From: Azolla caroliniana
Taxonomy: Eukaryota > Plantae > Polypodiophyta
Length of the DNA: 64,000 nucleotides
Direction of reading: 5' to 3'
NCBI GenBank assembly: GCA_043228905.1
Contig: JBHGNT010000005.1
Span: 23,002,001 to 23,066,000, forward strand
The stretch's first letter is position 1; each line of letters opens with the position of its first letter. This document shows, in pieces, positions 37,201 to 49,920 of this stretch. A model generated the notes under the pieces. The model did no database searches and had not been told where the DNA came from. It saw only the letters and a program-made list of their open reading frames with translations. The translations under genes were made by a program, and so were the position numbers.

Positions 37201-39962
37201 CTTGCCGTCTCTTCATCCGACTGGTCCAACCGACTCAGTCGCTCGTTCGGTCCACTCAACCGTAACGATTCCGGACTCTCATCTTGAGTCCCGGCTTCAT
37301 CATCCTCTGACAGGGCTGATTCAGGCTCACTGGCCTGATCTTCCGGCATTGGGTCGGGATCGGAAGTCGGAGTCGGTACGGAGTACCAGGATGCCGATTC
37401 ATCGAACTCGACATCCCGGCTAACTCGGACTTCCTTCGTCCGAGGGTTATAACACTTATACCCCTTTTGCTCTTGAGCATAGCCGACTAGGATGCATTTT
37501 TCCGATTTTGCATCCAGCTTTCTCCGCTTCTGATCCAGCACATGCAGATACGCTATACTGCAGAATATCCGAAGGTGTCTTAAGTTCGGCTTGCGCCCGA
37601 AATACAGCTCATGAGCTGACACCTTGTCACCAATGCGGTTTTGTATGTAGACGGTCGTCCGGACCGCCTCCGCCCAGTAGAAACGGGGCATGCTCTTTTC
37701 CTCCAGCATTGCCCTTGCTGCTTCGACGAGTGTCCGGTTCTTCCTTTCGGCCACACCGTTTTGCTCCGGTGTGTATCTGCAGCTGAACTCTCGCCGAATT
37801 CCCTTTTGCTGTAGATAACTAGTGAATTGGCCGGAAAAATATTCCTTTCCGCCATCCGACCGAAGGCACTTGATCTTCCTCTCCGATTCCCGTTCCACCA
37901 TCTTCTGGAGGCTCCGGAAACAGTCGAAGACTTCGCTCTTCCGCTCAATGAGGTAGATCCAAGTATGTCGAGTATAGTCGTCGATGAAGGAGACGAAGTA
38001 TCAGCTCCTGCCAAGGCTTACACTTTGTGCCGGTCCCCACACATCCGAATGGACGAGATCGAGCTTGTTACGGCTCCGGTTCTGTTCGGTGGGGAATGGA
38101 AGCCGGTGTTGCTTCCCAAGTTGGCAGGCTTCACAAATTTCGGCTCTCCAGCAGCTGAACTTCAGCAAACTGAAAACGACTTGTTTCGTTTGCAGGTCTT
38201 GAAGCCTCCGGTAGTTGACGTGGCCTATCCGCTTGTGCCACAGGTCGATGTCCGACTCGATCTTCTGTCATTTCGCGAACAGAGCGGTGCCAAAGTCATT
38301 GGTGTTGAGGTTAAACATCCTCCCGTCTCTGCGCCCTTGCGCAATGACTTCGCCCTCATCCTCAATGAAGCACCCGAGGTGCGTAAACCGCACCTGCATC
38401 CCCTGGTCGACAATCTGACCGACGGATACCAGGTTCTTCATGATTGTCGGAACGTGTAATACGTTCATCAGCTTCCCTTTCTGTCCGACGTGGCTTAGAG
38501 GGACTTCTCCGACGTGCACGATTGGGTGAGTGTTGTCTCCGGTTTCGACTACTCCTGGTTGATCCGGTTTCTCCAGAAAGGAGAACCACTCTTTGTGGCT
38601 CGTCATGTGGTTCGACGCGCCGGAATCAACATACCACACTTCCTCTGTTTTGGAAGTGGTCTTCTTCATTGAGTTTGCCTTGTGATTCATCACCAAGGCT
38701 GGCCCCTTACCGGCCTTTCCGGTTCCGGATCCTCCTGATCCGTTTGCGTAGTGCGAGTTTTGCTGGCCGTCCTTACTGGTCTTGCTGGATCCGGATTTGT
38801 CTGAATTGGCACGCTTTCTCCAACACTCGCTTTCCTTGTGGCCTTTTTTGCCACAGTACCAGCATTCCGTAGCGGATTTGTCTTGCCGGCCTCCAGCACC
38901 GCCTTGACTCCCCCTGCTTGTGGAAGTCCCAGAACTGTTGTCGGCACGCTCATAGTGCCTCCGTTCCTGCTCTTGCCGGCCGCCTCCATTGCGTGCCGAC
39001 CCACCTCTTCCACCACGCCCACGGAGCCGATCCGTTCCCGTGTACAGCATTTGGCTGTCCGGGGATGCACTGGTAGATGCACCGGTGTGGTTCTCCTCTA
39101 CAAGGAGCATCGACTGTAAGTCGAAGAATGAGGGGGTATTCTCCCTTGTACACACCGCAGTCCGGAACGCTCCGAACTTGGACGCCAGGGCTCCGAGACA
39201 TACATGCACCATCTCGTCTTCCTCTACGGTAACATTGATAGAGGCGAGCGAGTCGCAAATTTCCTTTATCCGGCCCGTGTAGTCTGCCACGGACATGTTC
39301 TTCTGTCAAACATTGCTCAACTCCTGTCTGAGTTGTAGCTTCCGGGCAGTGGTGCTTGCGGCGAAAATCTTTTTCAGGTTCCCCCAAGCATCCTTCGGTG
39401 TCTTGGCGTCACGGATGTGGCTGAGCAGCTGATCGCCGACACTGGACGCGAAGCAGTACATCACCCTGCTTGCCGCCTGTTCCCATACCGGTGTCGCGAA
39501 GATGCGCGTGCGAGCGTGCTTCGCTTGAGCGGGACCACCGGGGTCTTGGACCAAGGAGGATGTCCGTCAAGGTATTGAGAAGAGGACGATGTGAATGTAA
39601 GATTGGAGGAAGACCTATTACACTTGAGAAGATTGAAGATTGTACACTTTCAGAAGTAGATAAATAATTACAAGATAGATGCGAAGAAGAAGAAATAGAA
39701 GCTTATATTATTGATGGTGATGATGATGGTCATATCATATTGAGCCCCCCCTTACACAAGCCGTACTAGGGGTTTTATAGGTTTGTCCATGCACAAAACC
39801 ATGGGCTTGGAGCCATGGTTTCTGTGCACACAGTTTTGCTTTGTGACATGCAAGAAACCATGGGCTTAAAACCGTGGTTTTGTGTACACGGTTTTGTTCG
39901 TTTGTTTCCTACGGAATACTGAATATGAGAAAAAAATATACAACATCTAAAGCACTTAGTAG

Positions 39963-40018
39963 TAGCTTTAGTGGTAAGGTAATTGCCTCTCACCTTAGAG
40001 GTGCAAGGTTCAAATCCT
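39963..40018 (+). other. tRNA-like Pol III A-box/B-box module inside LTR (second copy 42966-43021)
   Basis: TAGCTTTAGTGG ... CCTCT/AGAGG stem ... GGTTCAAATCC; not a complete cloverleaf. Confidence 0.6.
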
Positions 40019-41141
40019 ACTTGCAACCCTCTACATGCACTCAATGCCATTGTGACCTAGGTTTATTTATTTTCATTTTTACAAGTATTCGTGAAATGTG
40101 TGTGGATCCTCAATTTTTGAGTTTTTCTCGCACTAGACATGCCACATCACGACATCCACCCCCACCAAACCGCACATCCTCCGGTATGTGCCAAGAAGAA
40201 AAGAGTGATGTGGAAGGGTCAAAGGTGGTTGGTGTTTGATTTCCTCCTTTCTTGTGCCTCGTCTGCACCGTCTTTTTGTCGTCTACTTTGAACTGCCATT
40301 GCCATCCGATCCACCATATCATTCGCTCACCTTTTTTATTGCCATGTCTAGTTGTCATGGCTCCCTGTGCTCCTCCCGAGCATAACGTTTCATGCCTCGT
40401 GCATGTGCCACCTTCATCTCGGCCATCTCCTTGGTCACTTAACTTTCCTTTATCATCCTTTCTCGTCTCATGCTTGCCTTTCCTTATGCTCAACAGCCTC
40501 GACTGGATGTCGCGGCTCGTTTGCTTCGACCTTTGTCTAGGCTGGCTCAACTTCTGTCGGGATCGGTCTCGACCAATCAACTTCTGGCTTGGTCGGCCTT
40601 CGTTCGGATTCGCATTCGGCCGAATCGGACTTAGATGATCGACTTTTGTCCGGGTTAGTTTCCGTCTGGTTTTCAGTTGGGTCGGGCCTGGTTGATCAAC
40701 TCTCGTTCGGGTCGGCTTCCGTTCGAGTCGGAATACCAACCGAGTCATCTTCCATTCGGATTGTATTCCGGTTCTTCCTTTCTTGTTGCTCTTTGGCTCT
40801 TCATCAAACTCTATTGTAGCTTTGTTTTTGGCCTCCTTGTTGGCAACCGTTCCTCTGTATGCGCCGGCTTCGACCCTCATCTCCTCACTGCCACCTTCCA
40901 TCTCTCCGGTTTGATGTTGGCTCTCGGGCACAACTGCCGAAGTCTTCGGAACCGGTGTGGAGGGATCCCTTCATCTGTGGTCATCGTCCTCATTGCCACT
41001 TTGGTCCTTCGATTTCTTGCCGTCACCTTCCGTCTCTCCGGTCTCACGTTGACACTCGGGCACAACTGCCAAAGTCTCAGGAAGAAATGTGGGGAGAACC
41101 TCGACACCATCGGTCACCGTCTTCTCATCCGTAGCCATCTT

Positions 41142-42458
41142 TCACTCAATGCTGTTATTCGCATTGTCTTCAATATTTTCTTCCCCACCACTTTCCGTCT
41201 CTTGGGTCTCATGTTGGCTCTCGGACGCAACTGCCCAAGTCTCTAGATCAAGTGTTGGGAAAGTCTCGACACGATCATCCGCCATGAACTCTTCCTTAGC
41301 CATCTGCGACTTGATGTCGTTTCTCGTGGCTACCGCCTCAATCACGTCGACCTCGGACTCTTTACATCCCTTGATCACGCAAGCTTCCCTCATGCTTGCA
41401 CCTTCATTACTCGATATTTCGGACACAGCATGTGTTCTGAAATGCTCGTCCACTCTTAAAGCAGCATTTCCCGCTCTCGAGTCTTCGGCCCTTCTCTCGA
41501 CCGTCGTTCCTCCATAAGTCGAGAAGGTGGCTTGTTTCACACCTTCTCCCATGGTACTGTCATACCAAACCTGGGCCTTCGTATTGGCTGTACCATTAGT
41601 CTGCATTTGTCGGGAGGTTTCCTCTTCGTCGATCACCATTTTCCTCGGTTTTGTTTTCAGCTTCTCTTCAACCTCGACTTGTGCCTTTAAGTTCATTATT
41701 GCCTCTCTCATCAAGGCTTCTATGTTGAGTTCTTTCGAAGCTTCCCTCTTCGAGCTTTCTTCCTTCAGTGGGTTTTTATTGCCACATCCCATTCTCCTTT
41801 GAACATCCCTTGTGGGTCGTGTTGTTGTCGATGAGAGTCTCATCTCCCTCTTATCGTGTTGTCGGCATACCCTTTCCACTTTGGCCCAATCCTCAGTGAG
41901 GACATTTTCACCATTGTCATCCTCGAGTTGGATTCCAATGGTCTTCCTTTCATTCCGATCGATTGACTTTAGAAACATCAGAACTTTATTCACCCCCACC
42001 AATCTTCGATCCCGGTCCAAGAGTTGAGCGAAGCGATACTCAAACTCAACGAATGCATGCATAGCACTCTGGTGGGTCTTTCTCGATGACACCCATTCGT
42101 GAAACTCATACAGACCTCGTCCCTTTTGCTCTTCGTAACCATATGACTCTCGTAAAGCTTCTTTGAAGGACACCCACGAATCGTGAGTTTTTTGAATCTC
42201 TTTAATCTCTTCGAAGATTGGTTCGGCCACCACTCGACAAAAGTACTCCAGCCTCATTGCTTCCTCCACTCCTCTTGAATCCATTTCGGCATTGTAGGCC
42301 TTTAGAAATTTTTGGACTTTGCCTCCATCGAAAAACCCGACTCGCTTGATCATGCTTTCGACGGCTTGTTGGGCCGCATGTCGTGTTTTCCCTTCTCTTG
42401 AAAACTCCATCATCATCTTTGACATTGCCTTCATTAGATATTCCTCGTCCAGCTTCAT
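41142..42458 (-). CDS. Gag-like protein (438 aa); the same frame continues through two TGA stops to ~40110
   Basis: aligns by eye with gag at 25752-26294 (FDG..V.KFL.AY.AEM; VLMFLKSID...L.EDW). Confidence 0.7.
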   Translation of the reverse strand: MKLDEEYLMKAMSKMMMEFSREGKTRHAAQQAVESMIKRVGFFDGGKVQKFLKAYNAEMDSRGVEEAMRLEYFCRVVAEPIFEEIKEIQKTHDSWVSFKEALRESYGYEEQKGRGLYEFHEWVSSRKTHQSAMHAFVEFEYRFAQLLDRDRRLVGVNKVLMFLKSIDRNERKTIGIQLEDDNGENVLTEDWAKVERVCRQHDKREMRLSSTTTRPTRDVQRRMGCGNKNPLKEESSKREASKELNIEALMREAIMNLKAQVEVEEKLKTKPRKMVIDEEETSRQMQTNGTANTKAQVWYDSTMGEGVKQATFSTYGGTTVERRAEDSRAGNAALRVDEHFRTHAVSEISSNEGASMREACVIKGCKESEVDVIEAVATRNDIKSQMAKEEFMADDRVETFPTLDLETWAVASESQHETQETESGGEENIEDNANNSIE

Positions 42459-43273
42459 CCTCCCCTACCGCTCTTCACGTCGGGTTTACCAAAATGTCGC
42501 GAAGATGCACGTGCAAGCGTGCTTCGCTTGAGCGGGACCACCGGGATCTTGGACCAAGGAGGATGTCCGTCAAGGTATTGAGAAGAGGACGATGTGAATG
42601 TAAGATTGGAGGAAGACCTATTACACTTGAGAAGATTGAAGATTGTACACTTTCAGAAGTAGATAAATAATTACAAGATAGATGCGAAGAAGAAGAAATA
42701 GAAGCTTATATTATTGATGGTGATGATGATGGTCATATCATATTGAGCCCCCCCTTACACAAGCCGTACTAGGGGTTTTATAGGTTTGTCCATGCACAAA
42801 ACCATGGGCTTGGAGCCATGGTTTCTGTGCACACAGTTTTGCTTTGTGACATGCAAGAAACCATGGGCTTAAAACCGTGGTTTTGTGTACACGGTTTTGT
42901 TCGTTTGTTTCCTACGGAATACTGAATATGAGAAAAAAATATAGAATATCTAAAGCACTTAGTAGTAGCTTTAGTGGTAAGGTAATTGCCTCTTACCTTA
43001 GAGGTGCAAGGTTCAAATCCTACTTGCAACCCTCTACATGCACTCAATGCCATTGTGGCCTAAGTTTATTTATTTTCATTTTTACAAGTATTCGTGAAAT
43101 GTGTGTGGATCCTCAATTTTTGAGTTTTTCTCGCACTAGACATGCCACATCACGACACCGGGAAGTCCTTGTGTGCCGAGTCGGGTGCCGCATCATTCGC
43201 TCCTTCGACATAACTCCAGTACCCGTGTCCAAGCAGGTACTGGTGCATCTTGTAAGACCGGCGCCGACCTAGG

Positions 43274-45101
43274 TGACTTGGTCATCACCGGCGCCGACCT
43301 AGGTGAAATCGACTGCGTGAAGCTCCAGCTTGCGGCATCGTTCGACATGAAGGATCTGGGGGACCTTCATTACTTCCTCGGGATCGAATTGATCCGTACC
43401 CCCAAAGGCATATTGATCAACCAACGTCATTACGTGCTAGGTATGCTCTTCAAACTCGGGATGGCCGACTGTAAGTCCGTCTCGACTCCTCTAGACAGAA
43501 CCATCAAGCTTCGTCCCGATACGGGAGAGGTATGCGACCCGACGAGGTTCCGAAAAATTGTCGGAAGCCTCATATACTTGACCATCACCCGACCCGACCT
43601 CAGTTATCTGGTCGGGGTGATCAGTTAGTTCATGGCGCGACCTACCGAGGAGCACCTTCAGTGTGCGCAACACGTACTGTGGTACGTAAGTGGCACTAAG
43701 GACCGTGGACTGCTATATCGGACCGGTGCAGCCGCACAGTTAGTCGGCTACACCGATGCTAATTGGGTTGGCAACGCCGCCGATCGCCGATCCACGTCCG
43801 GATACACGTTCTCCCTCGGGAGTGCCGCGATCGCGTGGAGCAGTAAGAAGCAGCCGACAGTTGCACTATCGAGCACCAAAGCTGAGTACCGAGGAGCGGC
43901 TGTCGCGACATGCGAAGCTATATGGTTGAAGCGGCTACTTAAGGACCTGCAAGTGGAGGTGTCAGATCCGACGACGATCTACTGCGACAACCTTAGCAGC
44001 ATCCAGCTCGCGAAGAACCCCGTTTTCCACGCACGGACCAAGCACATTGAGGTGCACTACCATTTCGTCCGTGAGCGTGTCCTTTCCGGTGAAGTCGAAC
44101 TTCAATACGTGCCGACGGATCGGCAGATTGCCGACATCTTCACCAAGCCTCTTGGTCTGGACAAGTTGCGGCAATTCTCAGGTGCGCTCAGCTTGCATCA
44201 CCTCGACGTGCCAAACTTGAGGGGGAGAACAGTCCCGAACGACCAAGCAAGGCAGCAGGAAAGGAGCGGAGACCGCGACACCGAGTCGGTTGTCGAGTTC
44301 GACTTCGGATCGGCTGAAGAAGCCGAGGGCGGACCCGCGGAAAAGTCCGGAAGCGGACAGAAAGGGAGCAGCCGAAGGAGAGAGCCGAAGCCAACCACCC
44401 ATGGGGGAGATGACGCCATCGAGGGCGAGAAGACCGAAGACGAGTTGGAGACAGCCAACTCGGACGAGAGCGAAAACCGATCGGAGGTAGCCGAGTCGGT
44501 TCAGATGTTTGATTCATACACGTTGAATCAACCGAGGCCCAAGCGGAAGAAAAGGCAACAGAAGAAGTGTTGACACCACTACAGCAGAAGAGCTAATAAG
44601 GGTCACATGAGCAGATAAGCCGACCGGAAGGGTCGAAGCGCGCAGAGTCGAACAGGTCGAGGAGCGCGAGCGAGGTGTGAAGCCAGGAGGAACCAGAGCT
44701 GTGAAGATCCCAAAGAGCCTCAAGTTGAGCTTGAGGGGGAGTGTTGAGAGACAAGCTCAACATGGGCCGGATCGGCTGAAGAAGCTGAGGACCGGATCGG
44801 TTGGGACCGATCGGTTAGACCGTTAGGAAAGATATTCCGTGAGGAATATATTTGGGAGTTAGTGTAGGAGCTCTTAATGAGCATTGAAGTACTGTCAGTA
44901 CTTCGGTCAGTCCTTCTAGGACTTGTACAAAGTGTTCATTGAACACATATATGTGTTTTTGTTTTTTGTCTTTCATAGTAATACATATTCTCTCTCTCGG
45001 TCTCTCCCGCGTATACTGTGTAAGCTCAAGCTCTCCATTAAACCTGAGTGTTCTTCCTTCTGTTCTGGCTTTATACTTGCTTCCGCACGCTACTTTTTAC
45101 A
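43274..45101 (+). mobile_element. copia element B (same family as A): RT end, RNase H, 3' extension and 3' LTR (44742-45101)
   Basis: MKDLGDLHYFLG, TRPDL, YTDANW, SSTKAEY, CDN, DIFTKPL; PPT GAGGGGGAG 44733-44741; LTR TG...CA. Confidence 0.9.
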
Positions 45102-45416
45102 AAATGTAAGACATCATCTATTCACACATTCTTACCCAAATTGAAATGAAATAAAATAAATCATTTTGTTATTGCAATGTCTACTTAAAAAATTTATTAC
45201 AATAAAGGTTGCCCTTATAAAGACCAACTATATAAAAAGAAAACCCTAAGAAGTTCATTTTAGGCTATAAATTTCATGTCGTTTCTATCTTCAATGTTGG
45301 ACCTGTATTATAACATGTAACAACAAAGGCAAGAAAACTTAATATACATGGAAGTAAATAATAGCTTAAAGAAATCAAAATATATATTTGGAATACTGTA
45401 GGTTTATATTTGGTTT

Positions 45417-48400
45417 TTACTCTTTTCTCCTTTTCCTGTTAAAATAAAAGGCATAAATATTAAGTTACTTTAATATATATTATATATGTACATGTATGCA
45501 AGTATATAATTCAAAACAGCTTATATATACATACCTGAATTTCATTTCCAAAAGAAAATCGTTGAAAACTTTACAATCGCTTTCGTCTAACAGATAATTA
45601 TCACATTTTGCATTATATGTGAGGTTCGCTAATCCAATAATTGACTCAAAGTCAACCATTTTTATATCTGTCAAATCATATGCAAATAATCAACTCCCTT
45701 TAATCTTCCTATACCAACCAAGTTGTAATTGAACATCTTCAAGTCTATCCATCAAGTCAATTCCTCTCTTGTACTCCACAAATTTATTTCCAATCTTTCT
45801 TCGCATCCTTTGTACTCGTCCTAAGTACCAAACAACATTTTCATTTGATATTCCTTTTCTTTTGGGTCTTGTTGAATTAACATCTTCTTCAATAAAGAAT
45901 ACAACACAATTTGAACCAATCCCAATTAGGTTCCCATTTCCATTTAGGAAATTATTTGCATTCTCACATGAGTAGAAGACCCCTTCTCTTACACATGTGA
46001 GTCTATCCTTTGACAATGTTGGATTACCATTTAGATGACTCACAAGTGTTGATTTAAATATAATCTTATCATCCACTTGAACAAATGAAGAGACTTTAGA
46101 GTTCACATTGTTGTCATCCAATATAGCATCCAATTCATGGCGAATTTCACTTATTGCAATCTCATCGTCATTTTCCACACATTCATGCATTGTTAAGTTT
46201 TTATTGTGTTCAACACATTCTTCATCATCTTTCTCTCCATATATATAACTCAAGGATTGTTTTGCCTCAATCCCGGGATAATTCCACCATTGCCCATTGT
46301 GTTTAGGCTTCATATTTAACGACTCACATAAAATTTGGGCTTCTTTTAAACCTTCTTTAAGTGCAAAAACAAGTTGATCATCATTTGAGATATCAATGTA
46401 GTCTTGTAAGTTTGCAAGAGGCTTGCCATGCATGAAATTGAGTTTGGACCATATTGATTCTTGCTTCTTATGAGCTCTTGGAAAAACCAATCCACTATCC
46501 TTGCACTCAAATTTGGCAAGCTTGTTTACATTTCCACTACAATGCAAAACATCTGGTATATCAAATGCATGCTCCATACCAATCATTCCCCCTATTTTAC
46601 TAAAAAATATCTCAGCTCCATCAAACCCTGTGAGATGCAATGGACATTCTAATTGTGGATAAAAGTCACGAAACGTTTTTATAAGTAAAACTACAAAGTG
46701 ACAAGATATTTGTACATCCAAAAATGTTTCCCGACTAATGAAATTACTTTTTTAATTATAAATTGAATTATTTAGAATCCATAATCTCCATATTTGAAAG
46801 AAGAATGCAACTTTAGGTGCAAGTACCACACGCTTGAATAAGCTCTCATGAGGGGATAGAAAAATATCAATATAGTCACCTAATATATGCAAGTATACAT
46901 GTTGTGTTCCCAAAGCACCTCTTTCTCTTACTTTGACACCTTCTCCACCTTGGTATAACATCTTTAAACAATTAGTAACATTTCTACTTGCAATTCTTTG
47001 GGCTCCAACCCAATTTTGTCTATCGTCTCTCTTAATATCACATTACCTTAAGCCATGTGCATCAATAGAGAAGTTATTATATACCAATGACACATGATTC
47101 AATGTGATTCATACATCTCCGATTACTAATGATCTTGAGGGATTATCTAGTGCATTCACAAGTTTCTTTCCATTATGGATGAAATCTTGATCATGAAGAC
47201 AACTTACCATATCATTATGCATTTGACATGTGAAGATCCAACCATCCCAAGGCAATTTATATCTTAAGCATATGCTTGGGGTTAAGTAATCTTGAAGCAT
47301 AATCTTTCTTCTCCTACTATCTCCATCTAATGCATGTCCAACAATAGGCCCAATACTTGTGGAGAGGTGTTTTTCCCATAGAGTTTCCACTTCATTCCAT
47401 TGGCATTTTACAAAATCTGCATCAAAGCAATTACATGTACATTGTACAACCAATACTAATGGTGGAAGTTTAGGGTGAAGAGGATTCGCAATTAACACCC
47501 TAGCATAGTGCCCAACCACATAGTCTTTAAAGGAGCTAACAATGGTTTCATAACCAACATTAGAGTCACCCAACTTTATCATACATGATGAGACACATTG
47601 ATGATTGGATGACTTCAGCCCACAAAAACCCCAAAAGTAAATCATTTGAGCTATCCCACTTAACATTCCGCTTAATCATAGTCTCATCCTTAGCAATAAT
47701 GAATGGAACCTTTGTTATAATGCCATGCACTCTTTTTTCATTTTCATAAATCTTAGCCACATCCTGGAATATATATTCATAGATCCCTGGAAGGAATTTA
47801 GTTGTCTTCCTCTCAACTCTCTTTGTAGTGCTTAATGATGGTTCATCTAAATTTTTAGAAACAAAGTCGTGTAATCTTGGTCCACCCCACATTTTTATCA
47901 TGACGAAAATTGCCTTAGACGTGTCTTTAAATCGTTGTCCATGTGGCTTTCGAGTAAGGTTTTGTGCAACATCTGTCAAGAAATCCCATAATGCATTCTT
48001 TCCACCAAATTTTCCAGCTCGATGAGCCTCAATAATGTTATTACAAAATCTTCGAACATCCTTCTGTTCCACACTCTCAAGGGATGCTTCCTTGAGAGTC
48101 ATTACCTTTACCAAAAGCATTGCAACTTTGCAAGCTAGCCACCATATTTGTCTATGAGCACGACGGATAGTTTGCTTAGAACTTGAAATTTCCTTTCTTG
48201 TCTCTTCTTGAGTAAGATAATCTAGTCGCCTACCCTCCCCAGTTCCTCGATTACCTCTTTTAACTTTAGCCCTACGCTCCCTATACACCCTCATACGGAA
48301 ATCATTACATTTTGGAATTTCATTACATTTTTCACATGTAAGATTATGAAAGGGTTCTTCAAGCTTCAATACTCTTTTACAATCAAAATGGCGGAAACAT

Positions 48401-49751
48401 CCATCAATAACACACTCTTGCATCTCATACATCACAACAGCTTTTGTGTAAGGCTCAGAGAACCATAAGGCTCCATGATTTTGATCGATGAGAAATGATT
48501 TTACATGTATTTCTTCATTATTTATCACTATGTTGTTATTCCAATATCCCCAACACAATAGTGGCAAACCAAAATAATGTGGAGTAGAGAACTCACATTC
48601 TTGACTAGACGAAGGTCGCAAGGTTGAAACAAGAAATTTGCTCAAGGTTTGTTGATTTGAAGGTAAAGCTTCTTGTTTTCGTGGACAACCTGGAAATCCA
48701 CTCATTATTGGTGTACCAGCATGTCGAACCATCTCCATTGCCTTTAGATGGGTCTTGGATTGTATGTGTTGAGACAAAATTGTTAACAAATCACTCCATG
48801 GAGGGCATAATGGCAACCAAGATCCATCAATCTTGCATTTTACCTTCACCATTGCCTTATCTTTATATCCATGAAATGTTGCCTCTATTAAATTAAATTC
48901 TGCATCTATAAAAAACATTTTTCACGTATATTAGCATATTATTCATAACTACAACATTAAGGTTTAAAGTACATTTTTGGGAAAAAAAAATGAAGGTTTA
49001 AAGTACAAATATGCTTACAACTTGTAGTGTCATTAAAAGTCTTCAGAACTTCCAACGAAGACTTGATATAGGCCTCGTCATCTATTTTAGATAAGTTTAT
49101 TGATTCATCTTGTTGGTTTAACCCCATTGGAGCATAATATAGTTTTTCATGACTTTGGTTCTTAATATGACTTCTAAAAATATTATTAAGACACACATTT
49201 GCTACTTTTGCTTCCATAGAACCAGCACCATAGGGTTCTCCACACTCATTACACCATAATCTTATGACTATTTTTCCAAAAAAATCCTCAACCTTCAACT
49301 CAAATTTATCATCTTGAGGAATTGTAGCATTGCTTAATTTTACACGTATCCTATTACATTCTATCATCCATTTACCTAAAACATCTCTAGGAATCTTATC
49401 CTTGATTGTTTCAATTGGAGATGTATCTTTAAAATTGTCCTCGGCTTGACTCAACAATGAACCCTCAACATTAGTGCATGATTCTTTTGAAGAGACTCTT
49501 TGTTGTTTATCAATACTAGGCTTGATATAGACTTTATTTTCTTTTAAATGTCATTTCTCTTCTTGTTTCCCATTCAAAATATTATTTTTTGTGTACACAA
49601 AGGAAAATGGTTCATCAAATATACCGTCCTCAATTATTTCCACTCGAATCTTTGCATATGTAAGAGTTCCTCTCAGACTTACAATGCCCAAAGGTTTATC
49701 TTCAACATCCCTCTCATGTTCAAACACTTCAATGATAGATTCTTCATCCAT
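45417..49751 (-). pseudogene. spliced P-element-superfamily-like DDE transposase (~1370 codons; exons 49751-49019, 48905-45535, 45435-45417)
   Basis: motif order DETMIK..KWD...D.LLGF, LDGDSRRR, QDFIHNGKKLVN, DRQNW, DGAEIFFSKIGG; GT-AG introns restore the frame; 5 stops and 1 frameshift (~47625). Confidence 0.7.
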
Positions 49752-49779
49752 TATCTACACATAGAATGGCCCACCTATC

Positions 49780-49886
49780 CGTTTTCATATAACCATACAT
49801 CATATATATGTGTGTATGTGTGCATTGTCAATGTGGTATGCATGTGTGTATGTATGTACATATTGTATTGTATTTTATTTAATTGT

Positions 49887-49920
<34 letters not shown>

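Larger units (their letters stand above)
39492..43157 (-). mobile_element. non-autonomous gag-only LTR element of the Trp-primed Ty3 family
   Basis: 663-bp LTRs 39492-40154 and 42495-43157; TSD CCGG; PBS TGGTAAACCCGACGTGA 42491-42475; same 3' terminal motif as 9166-9206; no pol. Confidence 0.9.
34222..43254 (-). mobile_element. second copia family (element A), 5'-truncated, interrupted by 39492-43157
   Basis: 3' LTR 34222-34620; PPT 34629-34621; gag CWYCGKKGHKESEC, DSGASNHM, integrase, RT, RH ORFs with stops and frameshifts; gag resumes at 43162-43254 (YKMHQYLLGHGYW). Confidence 0.9.

Noticed and set aside
39963-40030. functional tRNA gene
   Set aside because: no proper acceptor stem or 7-nt anticodon loop; kept only as a tRNA-like module
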